From contig NC_135808.1 in the NCBI RefSeq assembly GCF_964213995.1, positions 34,596,001 through 34,660,000 on the forward strand: a stretch of 64,000 nucleotides of DNA, in the 5' to 3' direction. The notes under the pieces were generated by a model. That model had not been told where the DNA came from. It saw nothing but the letters and a program-made list of their open reading frames with translations, and made no database searches. Shown here in pieces: positions 1 through 13,546 of the stretch. Both the position numbers and the translations under genes were made by a program. Source of the DNA: Mustelus asterias (taxonomy: Eukaryota). Each line of letters begins with the position of its first letter. The stretch's first letter is position 1.

Positions 1-70
1 GGCCCGACGCCCAACTGTACCACAATTTCGTGCCCGAAGACGGGCGCGAAATTTTGGTAAAATCGGGCCC
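1..70. mobile_element. End of a Harbinger-type element (TIR-like terminus) abutting CR1 ORF1
   Basis: 57-70 gtaaaatcgggccc is the reverse complement of gggcccgattttac, resembling the termini at 4894 (gggcagaattttac) and 22576 (gggcagtattttac). Confidence 0.5.
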
Positions 71-690
71 TATGTCTTGGGTGCCGATGTGCACCACGAC
101 TTGGGGCTGGTCCCCCTCCCCCTTAAGGATCCCGAAAACACGATCCGAGACATCACGGACTCTGGCACCTGGGAGGCAACACACCAGCCGCGAGTCCCTC
201 TCGTTCCCACAGAATCTCCTATCTATCCCCCTGACTATGGAGTCCCAGTAACTAATGCTCTACTCCTCTCCCCCCTTCCCTTCTCAGCAACAAGAACAGA
301 CTCTGTGCCAGAGACCTGTACCCCATGGCTTACCCCTGTTAATTCGTCCCCCCAACAGTATCCAAAACGGAATACTTGTTGAACAGGGGATCCAGGGGAT
401 CGCTGCTCTGACTGCTTGTTACCCCTTCTAGCCGTCACCCATGTATCATAATTTCTAGGAGTAGCTACCTCCCTGTAGCTTCTATCTATAGCTACCTCTC
501 CCTCCCGAATGATCCTGAGTTCATCCAGTTCCAGCTCCAGATCCCTAACACGGTCTTCAAGGAGCTGGAATTGGGTGCACTTCCTGCAGGTGTACTCAGC
601 TGGGACACTGGTGTCCCTCACCTCAAACATCCCACAGGAGGAACATTGCACTGCCTGCACTGACATCCCTGTTAACTTCTGCTAATGTAG
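71..690 (-). mobile_element. CR1 LINE ORF1 fragment (zinc finger, coiled coil, start of SGNH esterase)
   Basis: ORF 235..666 reads QCSSCGMFEVRD...CRKC...VRDLELELDELR and is homologous to ORF1 at 12659-13541. Confidence 0.85.
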
Positions 691-879
691 ATTGAGATAA
701 AAAAGAAAGGAAAATGAAATATTTTTAATCATGTACCACCATTCGTAAGCATTGGATGTCCCAAAACAGGTTTTGCAGGCAATAAATGATCTCTGTTACA
801 GGAATAAGTCACAAAATGTATGAAATCTTCTTGATCATTGGGAAACACTGTATACTCTAACTCCTATTCCTATGCAGAC

Positions 880-1640
880 TGACACAATCATTCCGCCCCC
901 AAGTGCTTATTCCATCATCCAATCAGATCATATTGATCTGCAACCTAACTCCACACACTGTCTTTGCTCCACATCCCTTGATATCTTTGGATAATAAAAA
1001 TCTGTCAGTCTCAGATCTAAAATTAATAATTTATCTAGCTTGCTGTTTGAGGAAGAGAGTTCCAAACTTGTACCATCCTTTTATTGTGTTTTTAAATTTC
1101 ACTCTTAAAATGTCTGGCTCTAATTTTTAAACTATGTCACTTAGCTCCAGACTCAACAACTCATGAAAATAACTTCTCTCTGTCAACTTTTTATTATTTT
1201 CCAATAATATCTTGAATATCTGATCACTTCATCCCGTAACGTTTGACAATTTGGAGAATGTAACTCTCACTTGTTTAATCTCTCCTCCTCATTTAACCAT
1301 TCCAGTTAATCTACACTGCCTTCTCACCTATCCTTCCTGTTGCGAGGGACCTGAACTGTTCCCAATAATCCAGGTGTGGTCAAACCACAGCTGAAATATT
1401 CCTTCGACCTCTTTGGATTATTTTCCTCCAGAAATTAAACCACCTTTCCATTCACCTTTCTGATTATTTTCACCAACAGTTCATGACATTTTAATGATCT
1501 CTGTACAGAGTCTCCAAGACTCTTTGAAACTCCACTTTTTCTAGTTTTTCACCATTTATAAAATATTCTACTCTCCTTTTTAGCTCCAAGTGGATGGCCT
1601 CACACTTTTCTACACTGAAATCTGTTTCCAGTTTTACCCA
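880..1640 (-). mobile_element. Old, degraded CR1 3' fragment
   Basis: Remnant translation SVEKCEAIHL...YFINGEKLEKVEFQRVL, with decayed 3'-region similarity to the other CR1 copies. Confidence 0.6.
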
Positions 1641-1696
1641 TTGACAGGTCCTCTGAATGAGCAGTTCACCCAGTGCCATTCCTTGTCTCCATAACC

Positions 1697-2872
1697 AGAA
1701 AGCGTTTAACAAAGTCCCGCATAAGAGATTATCATGCAAGATTAAAGTGCATGGGATTGGGGGAAGTGTATTAAGATGGATAGAAAACTGATTGGCAGAG
1801 AGGAACCCAAAAGTGGGAATTAATGGATCCTTTTCAAATTGGCAGGCAGTAACTAGTGGGGTGCCACAGGGATCAGTGCTGGGACCCCAGCTATTCACAA
1901 TATATATCAATGATTTGGATGAGGGAACAAAATGTAACATCTCAAAGTTTGCAGATGATACCAAATTGGGTGGGAGTGTGAACTGTGACGAGGATGCAGA
2001 GATCTTTCAGAATGATCTGGACAGGTTGGGTGAGTGGGCAAATCAATGGGGAATGCAGTATGATTTGGATAAAAGTGAGGTTATTCACTTTGGAAGCAAA
2101 AACAAGAAGGCAGATTACTAGCTGGCTGTAAATTGGGAGAGGGGAGCGTGCAGCGGGACCTGGGTGTCCTTGTGCATCAGTCACTGAAGGGAAGCATGCA
2201 GGTGCAGCAGGCAGTAAAGAAGGCAAATGGCATGTTGGCCTTCATTGCGAGAGGTTTCAAGTACAGGAGCAGGGATGTGTTGTTGCAATTATACAGGACC
2301 TTGGTGAGGCCACACCTAGGGTATTGTGTGCAGTCCTGATCTCCTTTTCTGAGGAAGGATGTTCTTGCTCTCAAGCGAATGCAGCAAAGGTTTACCCGGC
2401 TGATTCTGGGGATGACAGGAATGATGTACGAGGAGAGATTGACTAGGTTAGGATTGTTTTTGCTGGAGTTCAGACGAATGAGGGGGAATCTCATAGAGAC
2501 TTATAAAATTCTAAAAGGACTAGACAGGGTAGATGCAGGGAGAATATTCCCGATGGTGGGGGAGTCTAGAATCAGGGGTCACAGTCTGAGGATTCGAGGT
2601 AGACCATTTAAAATGGAGGTAAGGAGACATTTCTTCACCCAAAAAGTGGTGAGCCTGTGGAATTCATTACACAGGAAGTAGTTGATGCCAAAACATTGAA
2701 TGTATCAAGAGGCGGCTGGATATAGCACTTGGGGCAAATGGGATCAAAGGTTATGGGGGAAAAGCAGGATTAGACTATTGAGTTGACGAGCAGCCATGAT
2801 TGTAATGAATGGCGGAGCAGGCTCGAAGAGTCAAAAAGCCTCCTCCTGCTCCTATAATCTATGTTTCTATGT
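1697..2872 (+). mobile_element. 5'-truncated CR1 LINE (RT C-terminal part and 3' tail), disrupted
   Basis: [16 protein letters not shown] and LVRPHL motifs; ends in a short-repeat tail ctatgtttctatgt. Confidence 0.92.
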
Positions 2873-3674
2873 AATCCTGCACATTCTTCCTCTTTGGATA
2901 ATAATCCAATTCCCTTTTGAATACATCGCTTGAACTTGCCTCCACCTTATTATCAGGCAGTGCATTCCAAATCCTAACCACACTCAGTGTGAAACCTTTT
3001 CCTCCTCTATCGGGATCTCTTTGTAATTTTACTTCCATTTACAGCAGCGTACTATGCTGCCTACTTCTGTCATCAGCAGATTTGGGTAGGTGGTTTTCCA
3101 TCCCCTCATCTAAATCTTTATTGAGTGAATAGTTGAAACCCAAAAGCAGATTTTTTTTTGAGACAACACTATTCATGTTCTACCAAATTTCAATTATCCC
3201 GACTCTCTCTCTCTCCTGGTACTCAGCATCTCCTAACAGGGAAATAATTTACCTTCAGCTCATGGGTTTGACTTTAACAGTCTCTTATGAGGAGCTTTAC
3301 CTTTCATTTCACTTGTGCTGCCTGAGCCGGATGGGAAGCTGTCATTGGTGTAGACTGCATTACACCACTGCAGGTAGACCTGCCTCGAGCAGTGTTACAT
3401 AGAAAACTTTGTGTCTCACATCTTCTAACTTTTTTATAATAAGCTTTCTGTCTCTGCTGATCTTGGGCAATCTCTGACCATGAAATTCCATTTCAGGACT
3501 GTCCCTATCCAATAAAATAATAAATATTTGTTAGTAAGCACAAGGCCAATGTAATGGTTTATGTAGAGTCCATGCCTTGTAGATAAAGCAATAAAAATCT
3601 GATTTTCATTTCTTCAGGAAACAGTTCCTTTCAATCTTCCACAATTCTAACAGGCAGATCCTTCCCCCTCCTCT

Positions 3675-4721
3675 CATTGATGGTTCATTGTGGATGGAAA
3701 ATTTTCAGACTGGAGACCAGTGACCAGCAGTGTACCACAAGGATCAGTGCTGGGTCCTCTGCTATTTGTGATTTTTATCAGTGACTTGGAGGAGGGGGCT
3801 GAAGGGTGGATCAGTAAATTTGCTGATGACACCAAGATTGGTGGAGTAGTGGATGAGGTGGAGGGCTGTTGTAGGCTGCAAAGAGACATAGATAGGATGC
3901 AGAGCTGGGCTGAAAAATGGCAGATGGAGTTTAACCCTGATAAGTGCGAGGTTATTCATTTTGGTAGGACAAATTTGAATGCGGATTACAGGGTCAAAGG
4001 TCAGGTTCTGAGGAATGTGGAGGAACAGAGAGATCTTGGAGTTCATATCCACAGATCTCTGAAGGTTGCCACTCAAGTGGATAGAGCCGTGAAGAAGGCC
4101 TATAGTGTGTTAGCGTTTATTGACAGGGGGTTTGAGTTTAAGAGCTGTGGGGTTATGCTGCAACTGTACAGGACCTTGGTGAGACCACATTTGGAATATT
4201 GTGTGCAGTTCTGCTCACCTCACTATAAGAAGAATGAGGAAGCACTGGAAAGAGTGCAAAGGAGATTTACCAGAATGCTGCCTGGTTTGGAGGGTAGGTC
4301 TTATGAGGAAAGGTTGAGGGAGCTAGGGCTGTTCTCTCTGGAGCGGAGGAGGCTGAGGGGAGACTTAATAGAGGTTTATAAGATGATGAGGGGGAAAGAT
4401 AGAGTGGACGTTCAGAGACTATTTCCTCGGGTGAATGTAGCTGTTACTCGGGGGCATAACTATAAGGTTCATGGTGGGAGATATAGGAGGGATGTCCGAG
4501 GTAGGTTCTTTACTCAGAGAGTGGTTGGGGTGTGGAATGGACTGCCTGCTGTGATAGTGGAGTCGGACACTTTAGGAACTTTCGAGCGGTTATTGGAGAG
4601 GCACATGGAGCACACCAGGATGATAGGGAGTGGGATAGCTTGATCTTGGTTTCGGACAAAGCTCAGCACAACATCGAGGGCTGAAGGGCCTGTTCTGTGC
4701 TGTACTGTTCTATGTTCTATG
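3675..4721 (+). mobile_element. 5'-truncated CR1 LINE, open ORF2 C-terminus
   Basis: ORF 3690..4643 with [12 protein letters not shown]; tgttctatgttctatg tail; same subfamily as 9568-13546. Confidence 0.95.
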
Positions 4722-5695
4722 GTCCACCCTTAATTCTTCATCAATTGCCATTTTTAGCCTTATTTTCTGCTTTACTAAAGCAGCATTGAAAAAAATCTTT
4801 GTGCCATAAACTCTAAAACTCCAAGATTTGAAACTGCTCCTAAGTGAATTTCAACAGTCACTTCCTCAGCTTTAACCTCTAGCATTTGACTCTGGGCAGA
4901 ATTTTACGACCACACGCACCCATTTTTCAGCGGGAATATGTATTAAATCAGGAGTGAGTCGACTAGCAGGAATGCCACCTGTTTCGTGCCCATTCCAGTT
5001 GTCCCAAAAAAATGGGCGAGACGTCAATTTGCATTTGTTTGCATTCATCTCCGTGTAATTGGCGAACCTCTCTCGCAGTTGCCCCGGTTACCTGCCTTAG
5101 CCAGCTCACTCACTGCAGCTGCAACCGGCGAGTGGAATATCTCCTGTAGAAAAGTAGGTCTCTGGTTCCAAACACTCCGTGCCTCGGGGGCGGGGGGGAG
5201 AGAGAGAATGGATTGTTGTTTTGTGGCAGCCATTTTGCATTTCGGGCTGGGAGGGGTCTCCGAGTGTGTGAGGGGGTGGGAGGGCTGTTGTTCATGGGGT
5301 CTGACTTTGGCCTCTCAGCCTGGACCCGGGTCTGAGCACTGACTCTGCGTCCCAGTGCTCGCAGCAGCAAGCAATGTTGGCGGTGGGGGGGGGGGAATGG
5401 GCTGGAAACCGGTAGCGCTGCATCCTCGGGATTTGTAAAACAACATTCTCAGGCCACTACTGCAAGGGCGGGGGGAGAATGGGAGGGTGCTCTGTTGCCT
5501 TTCTGAGGGGCTTGGTGAGGGGGGGGAATGGGGACTGGGGCTGGGAATTGGGGAGTGTATGTGGCTTGTCTGGGGGGCTGTGGGAGGAATTGGGGAGTGT
5601 GTGTTGTTGGGCTGGGGGTGAGCAGAGTTCTCTCATTTTTACATCACTCTCTCCACTTTGCCAAATTCCACCCCCACTTCAGATTGGCTTATGCA

Positions 5696-7195
5696 ATGCA
5701 ACCCATTGATCTTGCTGTTCTTTTGGTTGCTGCTGGAGCTGAGGAGGAGAAGCAGGAGGAAGAATTGTGGGTAGAGGGGGCCTAGGCCTTAGCACTCGCA
5801 GGAGTAGAGGAAGATGGCCGCCGGAGGCAGGATGTGGCCGCCATTCGCCCGGGGGGAAGAGGAGAATGAAGTAGCGGAATTCCGCACACGAGTGTTCTTT
5901 GAGCAACTGTTGGACATGGCGTGCTGCCGACAGCTCTGGCTCCGAAAGGAGAAAGTGCGACACCTGTGCCATTTGTTGCAGGACCTGGATCCTCAGGGCA
6001 CCAGCAGGGTGGGGGGGCATCACCCTGAAAGTGACAGCTGCCTTAAACTTTTATGCCACCGGGTCCTTCCAGACCGCCAGTGGAGACCTTTGTGGCATCT
6101 CACAATCATCGGTCCACAAGTGTATGAGGGAGGTCGTGGATGCCCTGTGTGCCCAGATTGGCCAGTATCTTAAATTTGACCTGCAGGATTCGCAGCCATC
6201 GTGGGGAAGCCAAATGTGAGGTGGCTATAGACTGCACCCACGTCACCCTCAAGGCCCCAGAGAAAAATCCTGCAAGATCCATGAATAGAAAGGGCTTCCA
6301 TTCCATCAATGTACAGTTGGTGTGTGACCATCAGCTGAATATCCTGCATGTCTGCACCAGATACCCCGGCAGCGTGCATGACAGCTTCACGGTAGCACAA
6401 TGGTTAGCACTGCTGCCTCACAGCTCCAGGGACCCGGGTTCGATTCAGCTTGGGTCACTATCTGTGTGGAGTTTGCATGTTCTCCCCATGTCTGTGTGGG
6501 TTACCTCCAGGTGCTCTAGTTTCCTCCCACAGTCTAAAGATGTGCGGGTTAGGTGCATTGGCCGTGCTAAATTGATCCTTGGATCCCAGGATGCACAGGG
6601 TAGAGAGATTAGCAGGGTAAATATGTGGGGTCACGGGGATACGGCCTTGGTGGGATTGTAGTCAGTGCAGATTCGATGGGCCGACTGGCCTCCTTCTGCA
6701 CTGTAAGGATTCTATATTGAGGAGTTCTGATGTCCCAAGGTCTTTGAGGAGGAGCCCAGGGCGCAGGGATGGCTCGTGGGGCCATGGGGTACCCGATTCG
6801 GAATTGGCTGATGTCGCCTATGCAGAGGTCGGAGATTGAGATGGAGGCCCGGTACAATGAGGCTCACATTTCCACCCGTAAAATAATGGAGGAGTTCATA
6901 GGGCTCCTCAAAATGCAGTTTAGGTGCCTGGACTGCTCTGGTGGGGCCCTCCAATACAGCCCCCTGATATTGTCCTGCATGTTGTGTGCTATGCCCTTCA
7001 CAACCTGGCATAGCAGCGAGGAGACCTTTTGGAGGAGGATGTGGAGGCCGACCAGCCGGGTGTCACTGGGGAGGAGGCCGCCCAGCAGGAAGAGGAGGCC
7101 AACACCACCCAGGTTCTGAAGGGCTGACAGCAGAAAGGGTCAGGCATGCGAGGGTGGTGAGGAAGGCCCTAATCTCCACATGGTTTGGCAACTAG
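5696..7195 (+). pseudogene. HARBI1-like Harbinger transposase, frameshifted and split by a SINE
   Basis: Motifs ALNFYATGSFQ, GISQSSVHK, AIDCTHV, NRKGFHSINVQLVCD, YPGSVHDSF, YNEAH, GLLKMQFRCLD. Confidence 0.92.
6388..6715 (+). mobile_element. tRNA-derived V-SINE (HE1-like)
   Basis: A-box-like tggttagcac, B-box ggttcgattc, V-domain gtggagtttgcatgttctcccc and a CR1-like 3' tail; interrupts the transposase at HDSF|ILRS. Confidence 0.9.
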
Positions 7196-7861
7196 GGGCC
7201 TATTTTGCTGCATGTGGGTTCCACCTTCCCACCCCTCCCACCTTGTGCACCCCTGCTATCTCCTGCACCATTGTAACACCAGAGTGGTGGGCCTGGGTAT
7301 GCTGTGTTAGCAAGTTTCGGTGGCAGGCCGGAGGGTGATGACGACTCGCTATGCATCATTGTGATGATGCTTTGGTGTAAACTAGTCTGACTCCTACCTG
7401 AGCTCTGCATTCACACTGGGACCTGGGCCCACATCTGGGGGGGAGGCAGTGGGACTACTAAACACCGTTGCAAGCCTTGGGTGGGCAGGGTTGGGGGGGG
7501 TGTGGGATTGTCTCCCTGGTTCTGGGGATTCCATGACATGTTGTAAGTCGGTGCCCCTGCATGCCACCCGATGTAGCCAGTGAATGATTTGAGTGCCTTG
7601 ATTTTCACAGTAGCTGTGACTGAGGGCTCTACCCCACTGACAGCAATGTGTCATTTCCCTCTGACAAAGATCGGGGTAAGTACATTCCTGTTGGAGGCTA
7701 ATCAGAGACAAATTAGTCACAGCTGGGGGATGCAATAATATTTATTGGTGCCAATAAAAGTGCCTTCAAACTCAGTGCTCATATATAACAAGTGAAAATT
7801 AACAGTGCCTAATTATTAAACCTAACTGGTGTTCTCCTTCACCCATACCGTCTTGGTGATG

Positions 7862-8970
7862 CTACAACTTCTTAAACTTACGTGGCCTACCATTACGTCT
7901 CAATGTCTCCCCAGGATGTACATTGGAGGTCGAGGGGACCAGCTGCCTGTCGCACCCTGTGGCCTGTGATGCCCTTGGCAGGCATCCTCTTGAGGGCCTG
8001 GACCTTGAGGGCCCTGGCTGGCTTCCAGCTGTCTGGGGCGTATCCATGACACCCTCTTCATCCGTTGCCCTGAGATGCCCCGGTGTCAGGAAAGGAGGGA
8101 GTCAGAAGGTGTAGCCACAGTCTCCTGGCTGGAAGGCCCTGGCATTGGCTCGAGCCCTTCCTCCTCCCTCAGGGTTCCTGTGGGCCCCTGGGTCATTCCA
8201 TGGGACGGCGGTGCTTCTGCAGTGAGCTCCAGAAGCTCCGGCATCACCTGGCCCTGCCAGTCCTGGAAGACCACCGACATTCTTGCCATGGTGGTCTTAG
8301 CTATGAGGAGAGATTGGGTAAACTGGGGTTGTTCTCCCTGGAAAGACGGAGAATGAGGGGAGATCTAATAGAGGTGTACAAGATTATGAAGGGTATAGAT
8401 AGGGTGAACAGTGGGAAGCTTTTTCCCAGGTCGGAGGTGACGATCACGAGGGGTCACGGGCTCAAGGTGAGAGGGGCGAAGTATAACTCAGATATCAGAG
8501 GGACGTTTTTTACACAGAGGGTGGTGGGGGCCTGGAATGCGCTGCCAAGTAGGGTGGTGGAGGCAGGCACGCTGACATCGTTTAAGACTTACCTGGATAG
8601 TCACATGAGCAGCCTGGGAATGGAGAGATACAAACGATTGGTCTAGTTGGACCAAGGAGCGGCACAGGCTTGGAGGGCCGAAGGGCCTGTTTCCTGTGCT
8701 GTACTGTTCTTTGTTCTTTGGTGGTTGAGCCCTCTGCAATGGCCACCTGAATTGGGGGCCACCTGTCGATTGCCGCAGCAAGTGCTCTCTGAGACTGGGC
8801 CACGCTCTGCAGCCCCTCAGCCATGACCCTCTGTGACAGGGCCACATTCTCGAGGGCTGTTGATGTAGCCCGCTGTGTCTCAGCGCTGTCCCATTGGGTC
8901 TCCTGCAAGCTCTCGAGCCTCACAGCCATTACTCTCTGTGACTGGGCCACGTTCTCAAGGGTTGTTGCCT
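7862..8970 (-). pseudogene. Harbinger accessory (Myb/SANT-type) gene, last exon: coiled-coil repeat region ending RKFKKL*
   Basis: Homologous to 33949-35237 (QSQRVMAEGLQS repeats, PGPSSQETVA, KKL*). Confidence 0.75.
8295..8718 (+). mobile_element. Short CR1 3' fragment inserted in the Harbinger accessory gene
   Basis: LSYEERL...FFTQRVV; ttgttctt tail; tggtggt duplicated on both sides. Confidence 0.9.
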
Positions 8971-9542
8971 TAGCCCATCATCCCTTTAGCCTGAGGTTTT
9001 GCCCTCTGGTTTTAGATTTTCCTACTAGTGGAAACATCCTCTCCACGTCCACTCTATCCGGGCCTCGCAGTATCTTGTAAGTTTCAATAAGATCCCCCCT
9101 CATCCTTCTAAACTCCCATGAGTACAGACCCAAAGTCCTCAACCGTTCCTCATAGGACAAACTCTTCATTCCAGGGATCTTTCTTGTGAACCTCCTCTGG
9201 ACCCTTTCCAAGGCCAGCACATCCTTTCTTAGATATGGGGCCCAGATCTGCTCACAATACTCCAAATGGGGTCAGACCAGAGCCTTATACAGCCTCAGAA
9301 TGACATCCCTGCTCTTGTATTCTAGCCCTCTCAACATGAATGCTAACATTGCATTTGCCTTCCTAACTGCCGACTGAACCTGCACGTTAACCTTAAGAGA
9401 ATCTTGAACAAGGACTCCCAAGTCCCTTTGTGCTTCTGATTTCATAAGCATTTCCCCATTTAGAAAATAGTCTATATCTCCATTCCTCCTTCTAAAGTGC
9501 ATAACCTCTCACTTTTCCACATTGTATTCCATCTGCCACTTT
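8971..9542 (-). mobile_element. CR1 ORF2 C-terminal fragment
   Basis: ORFs 9272..9502 and 8978..9265 with RDLGVLV and ERVQRRFT. Confidence 0.9.
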
Positions 9543-10542
9543 AGTGAGTTGGTACATGACCTCAGATAACATAGAACATAGAACAGTACAGCACAGTACA
9601 GGCCCTTCGGCCCACAATGTTGTGCCGAGCTTTGTCCGAAACCAAGATCAAGCTATCCCACTCCCTATCATTCCAGTATGCTCCATGTGCCTATCCAATA
9701 ACCACTTGAAAGTTCCCAAAGTGTCCGACTCCACTATCACAGCAGGCAGTCCATTCCACACCCCAACCACTCTCTGAGTAAAGAACCTACCTCGGACATC
9801 CCTCCTATATCTTCCACTATGAACCGTATAGTTATGCCCCCGAGTAACAGCTACATCCACCCGAGGAAATAGTCTCTGAACGTCCACTCTATCTATCTGC
9901 CTCATCATCTTATAAACCTCTATTAAGTCGCCTCTCAACCTCCTCCGCTCGAAAGAGAAAAGCCCTAGCTCCCTCAACCTTTCCTCATAAGACCTACCCT
10001 CCAAACCAGGCAGCATCCTGATAAATCTCCTTTGCACTCTTTCCAGCGCTTCCACATCCTTCTTATAGTGAGGTGACCAGAACTGCACACAATATTCCAA
10101 ATGTGGTCTCACCAAGGTCCTGTACAGTTGCAGCATAACCCCACAGCTCTTAAACTCAAACCCCCGTTAATAAACGCTAACATAGAACATAGAACAGTAC
10201 AGCACAGTACAGGCCCTTCGGCCCACAATGTTGTGCCGAGCTTTGTCCGAAACCAAGATCAAGCTATCCCACTCCCTATCATTCTAGTGTGCTCCATGTG
10301 CCTATCCAATAACCAGCCTTCTTCACGGCTCTATCCACTTGAGTGGCAATCTTCAGAGATCTGTGGATATGAACCCCAAGATCTCTCTGTTCCTCCACAT
10401 TCCTCAGAACCCCACCTTTGACCCTGTAATCCACATTCAAATTTGTCCTACCAAATTGAATCACCTCGTACTTATCAGGGTTAAACTCCATCTGCCATTT
10501 TTTGGCCCAGCTCTGCATCCTATCAATGTCTCTTTGCAGCCT

Positions 10543-12633
10543 TCAACAGCCCTCCACCTCATCCACTACTCCACCAATCTTGGTGTCATCAGCAAATTTC
10601 CTGATCCACCCTTCAGCCCCCTCCTCCAAGTCATTGATAAAAATCACAAATAGCAGAGGACCCAGCACTGATCCTTGTGGTACACTGCTGGTAACTGGTC
10701 TCCAGTCTGAAAATTTTCCATCCACCATCACCCTCTGTCTTCTATGAGATAGCCAGTTACTTATCCAATCGGCCAAATTTCCCTCTATCCCACACCTCCT
10801 TACTTTCTTCATGAGCCGACCATGGGGGACCTTATCAAACGCCTTACTAAAATCCATGTATATGACATCAACTGCTCTACCTTCATCGACACACTTAGTT
10901 ACCTCCTCAAAAAATGCAATCAAATTTGTGAGGTAAGACTTACCCTTCATGAATCCGTGTTGACTATCCCGGATTAAGCTGCATCTTTCGAAATGGTCGT
11001 AAATCCTATCCATCAGGACCTTTTCCATTAACTTACCGACCACCGAAGTAAGACTAACCGGCCTATAATTACCAGGGTCATTCCTATTCCCTTTCTTGAA
11101 CAGAGGAACAACATTCACCACTCTCCAGTCCTCTGGCACTATCCCCGTGGACAGTGAGGACCCAAAGATCAAAGCCAAAGGCTCTGCAATCTCATCCCTT
11201 GCCTCCCAAAGAATCCGAGGATATATTTCATCTGGCCCAAGGGACTTATTGACCTTCAGGTTTTTCAAAATTACTAATACATCTTCCCTCAGAACATCTA
11301 CCTCCTCCAGCCTATCAGCCTGTATCACACTCTCATCCTCAAAAACATGGCCCCTCTCCTTGGTGAACACTGAAGAAAAGTATTCATTCATCGCCTCTCC
11401 TATCTCTTCTGACTCCATGTGCAAGTTCCCACTACTATCCTTGACCGGCCCTAACCTCACCCTGGTCATTCTTTTATTCCTCACATAAGAGTTAAAAGCC
11501 TTGTGGTTTTCCTTGATCCGATCATGCCCCCTCCTAGCTCTCCTCAGGCCTTTTTTCAGTTCATTCCTTGCTAACTTGTAACCCTCAATCGACCCAATTG
11601 AACCATGTTTTCTCATCCTTACATACGCTTCCTCCTTCCTCTTGACAAGACATTCAACCTCCTCTATGAACCATGGTTCCCTCACTCGGCCATTTCCTCC
11701 CTGCCTGACAGGGACATACCTATCAAGGACACGCAGTATTTGTCCCTTGAACAAGCTCCACTTTTCATTCGTGCCTTTCCCTGACAGTATCTGTTCCCAT
11801 CTTATGCTCCCTAATTCTTGCCTAATCGCATCATAATTACCCCTCCCCCAATTATAAACCTTGCCCTGCCGTACGGCCCTATCCCTCCCCATTGCAGTAA
11901 TGAAAGACACCGAATTGTTGTCACTATCTCCAAAGTGCTCTCCCACAACCAAATCTAACACTTGGCCCGGTTCATTTCCCAGTACCAAATCCAATGTGGC
12001 CTCACCTCTTGTCGGCCTATCCACATATTGTGTCAGGAAACCCTCCTGCACACCCTGCACAAAAACTGCCCCATCCAAACTATTCAACCTATAAAGGTTC
12101 CAATCAATATTTGGAAAGTTAAAGTCACCCATGACAACTACCCTGTGACCTCCACACCTATCCATAATCTGCTTTGCAATTTCTTCCTCCACATCTCTAT
12201 TACTATTTGGGGGCCTATAGAAAACTCCTAACAACGTGACCACTCCTTTCCTATTTCTAACTTCAGCCCATATTACCTCAGTAGGCAGATCCCCCTCGAA
12301 CTGCCTTTCTGCAGCCGTTAAACTATCCTTGATTAACAATGCTACTCCTCCACCTCTTTTATCACCTTCCCTACTCTTACTGAAACATCTATACCCCGGA
12401 ACTTCCAACAACCATTCCTGTCCCTGTTCTAACCATGTCTCCGTAATGGCCACAACATCGTAGTCCCAAGTACCAATCCATGCTCCAAGTTCACCTACCT
12501 TATTTCGGATGCTCCTTGCATTGAAGTAGACACACTTCAACCCACCTTCCTGTCTGCCGGTACACTCCTGCGACCTTGATACCTTCCTCAGTACCTCACT
12601 ACACTCAACACTGACTTCCAGACTACAGCTCAT
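10543..12633 (-). pseudogene. CR1 ORF2, endonuclease plus RT, 696 aa open segment (continues disrupted to 9648)
   Basis: APE and RT motifs in the supplied ORF. Confidence 0.93.
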
Positions 12634-12658
12634 TTTCCCATCCCCCTGACAAATTAGT

Positions 12659-13541
12659 TTAAACCCCTCCCGAAGAGCTGTAGCAAATTTCCCTCCCAGG
12701 ATATTGGTGCCCCTGGTTCAGGTGCAACCCGTCCTGTTTGTACAGGTCCCACCTTCCCCAGAATGTGTTCCAATTATCCATGTAACTGAAACCCTCCCTC
12801 CTACACCATCCCTGCAGCAACGTGTTTATCTGCACTCTCTCCCTGTTCCTCAACTCGCTATCACGTGGCACCGGCAACAAACCAGAGATGACAACATGGT
12901 TTGTCTTGGCTCTCAGCTTCCACCCCAGCTCCCTAAATTCCTGTTTTAAATCCGCGTCCCTTCTCTTACCTATGTCGCTGGTATCGATGTGTACCACGAC
13001 TTGTGACTGTTCCCCCTTCCCCTTAAGGATCCTGAAAACACGGTCCGAGACGTCATGGACCCTGGCACCTGGGAGGCAACATACCATCCATGAGTCTCTT
13101 TTGCTGCCACAGAACCTCCTATCTATCCCTCTAACTAACGAGTCCCCAATAACTATTGCTTTCCTGCTCTCTCCCTTTCCCTTCTGAGCCACAGGGACGG
13201 ACTTAGTGCTGGAGATCCAGTCACCGTGGCTTACCACTGGTAGGTCGTCCCCCTCAACTGTATCCAAAGCGGTATACTTGTTGCTGAGGGAAATGACCAC
13301 GGGGTCCCTGCACTGTCTGCTTCCTCCCAGCCCCTCTCACCGTCACCCATCTATCTTCATTCTTCGAAGTACCTATATCCCTGAAGCTTCTATCTATGGC
13401 CACCTCTGCCTCCCGAATGATCCAAAGTTCATCCAGCTCCAGCTCCAGTTCCCTAACATGGTTTTTGAGGAGCTGCAGATGGGTGCACTTCCCACAGGTG
13501 AAATCAGCAGGGACACTGACGGCGTCCCTCACCTCAAACAT
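12659..13541 (-). pseudogene. CR1 ORF1 (coiled coil and SGNH esterase), frameshifted
   Basis: GDSLVRG, CLPGA, VVHIDTSD and DGLHLN motifs. Confidence 0.9.
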
Positions 13542-13546
13542 TCATA

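Larger units (their letters stand above)
4894..8970. mobile_element. Harbinger/PIF DNA transposon 1 (truncated; carries SINE and CR1 insertions)
   Basis: TIR-like gggcagaattttac at 4894; transposase on + convergent with the accessory-gene 3' exon on -. Confidence 0.85.
9568..13546 (-). mobile_element. Near full-length CR1 LINE (ORF1 ZF/esterase, ORF2 APE endonuclease and RT)
   Basis: ORF1 VIGDS...DGLHLN (SGNH); ORF2 YFNARS, ITETW, GVFYRPP, MGDFN, DFSKAFD, FADD; (aacatag)n tail at 9568. Confidence 0.97.

Noticed and set aside
3240-3510. Possible - strand host exon with splice-like sites
   Set aside because: No frame runs cleanly from acceptor to donor and no protein is recognisable.
6388-6460. 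tRNA gene
   Set aside because: The A/B boxes belong to a SINE head followed by a V-domain and LINE tail.
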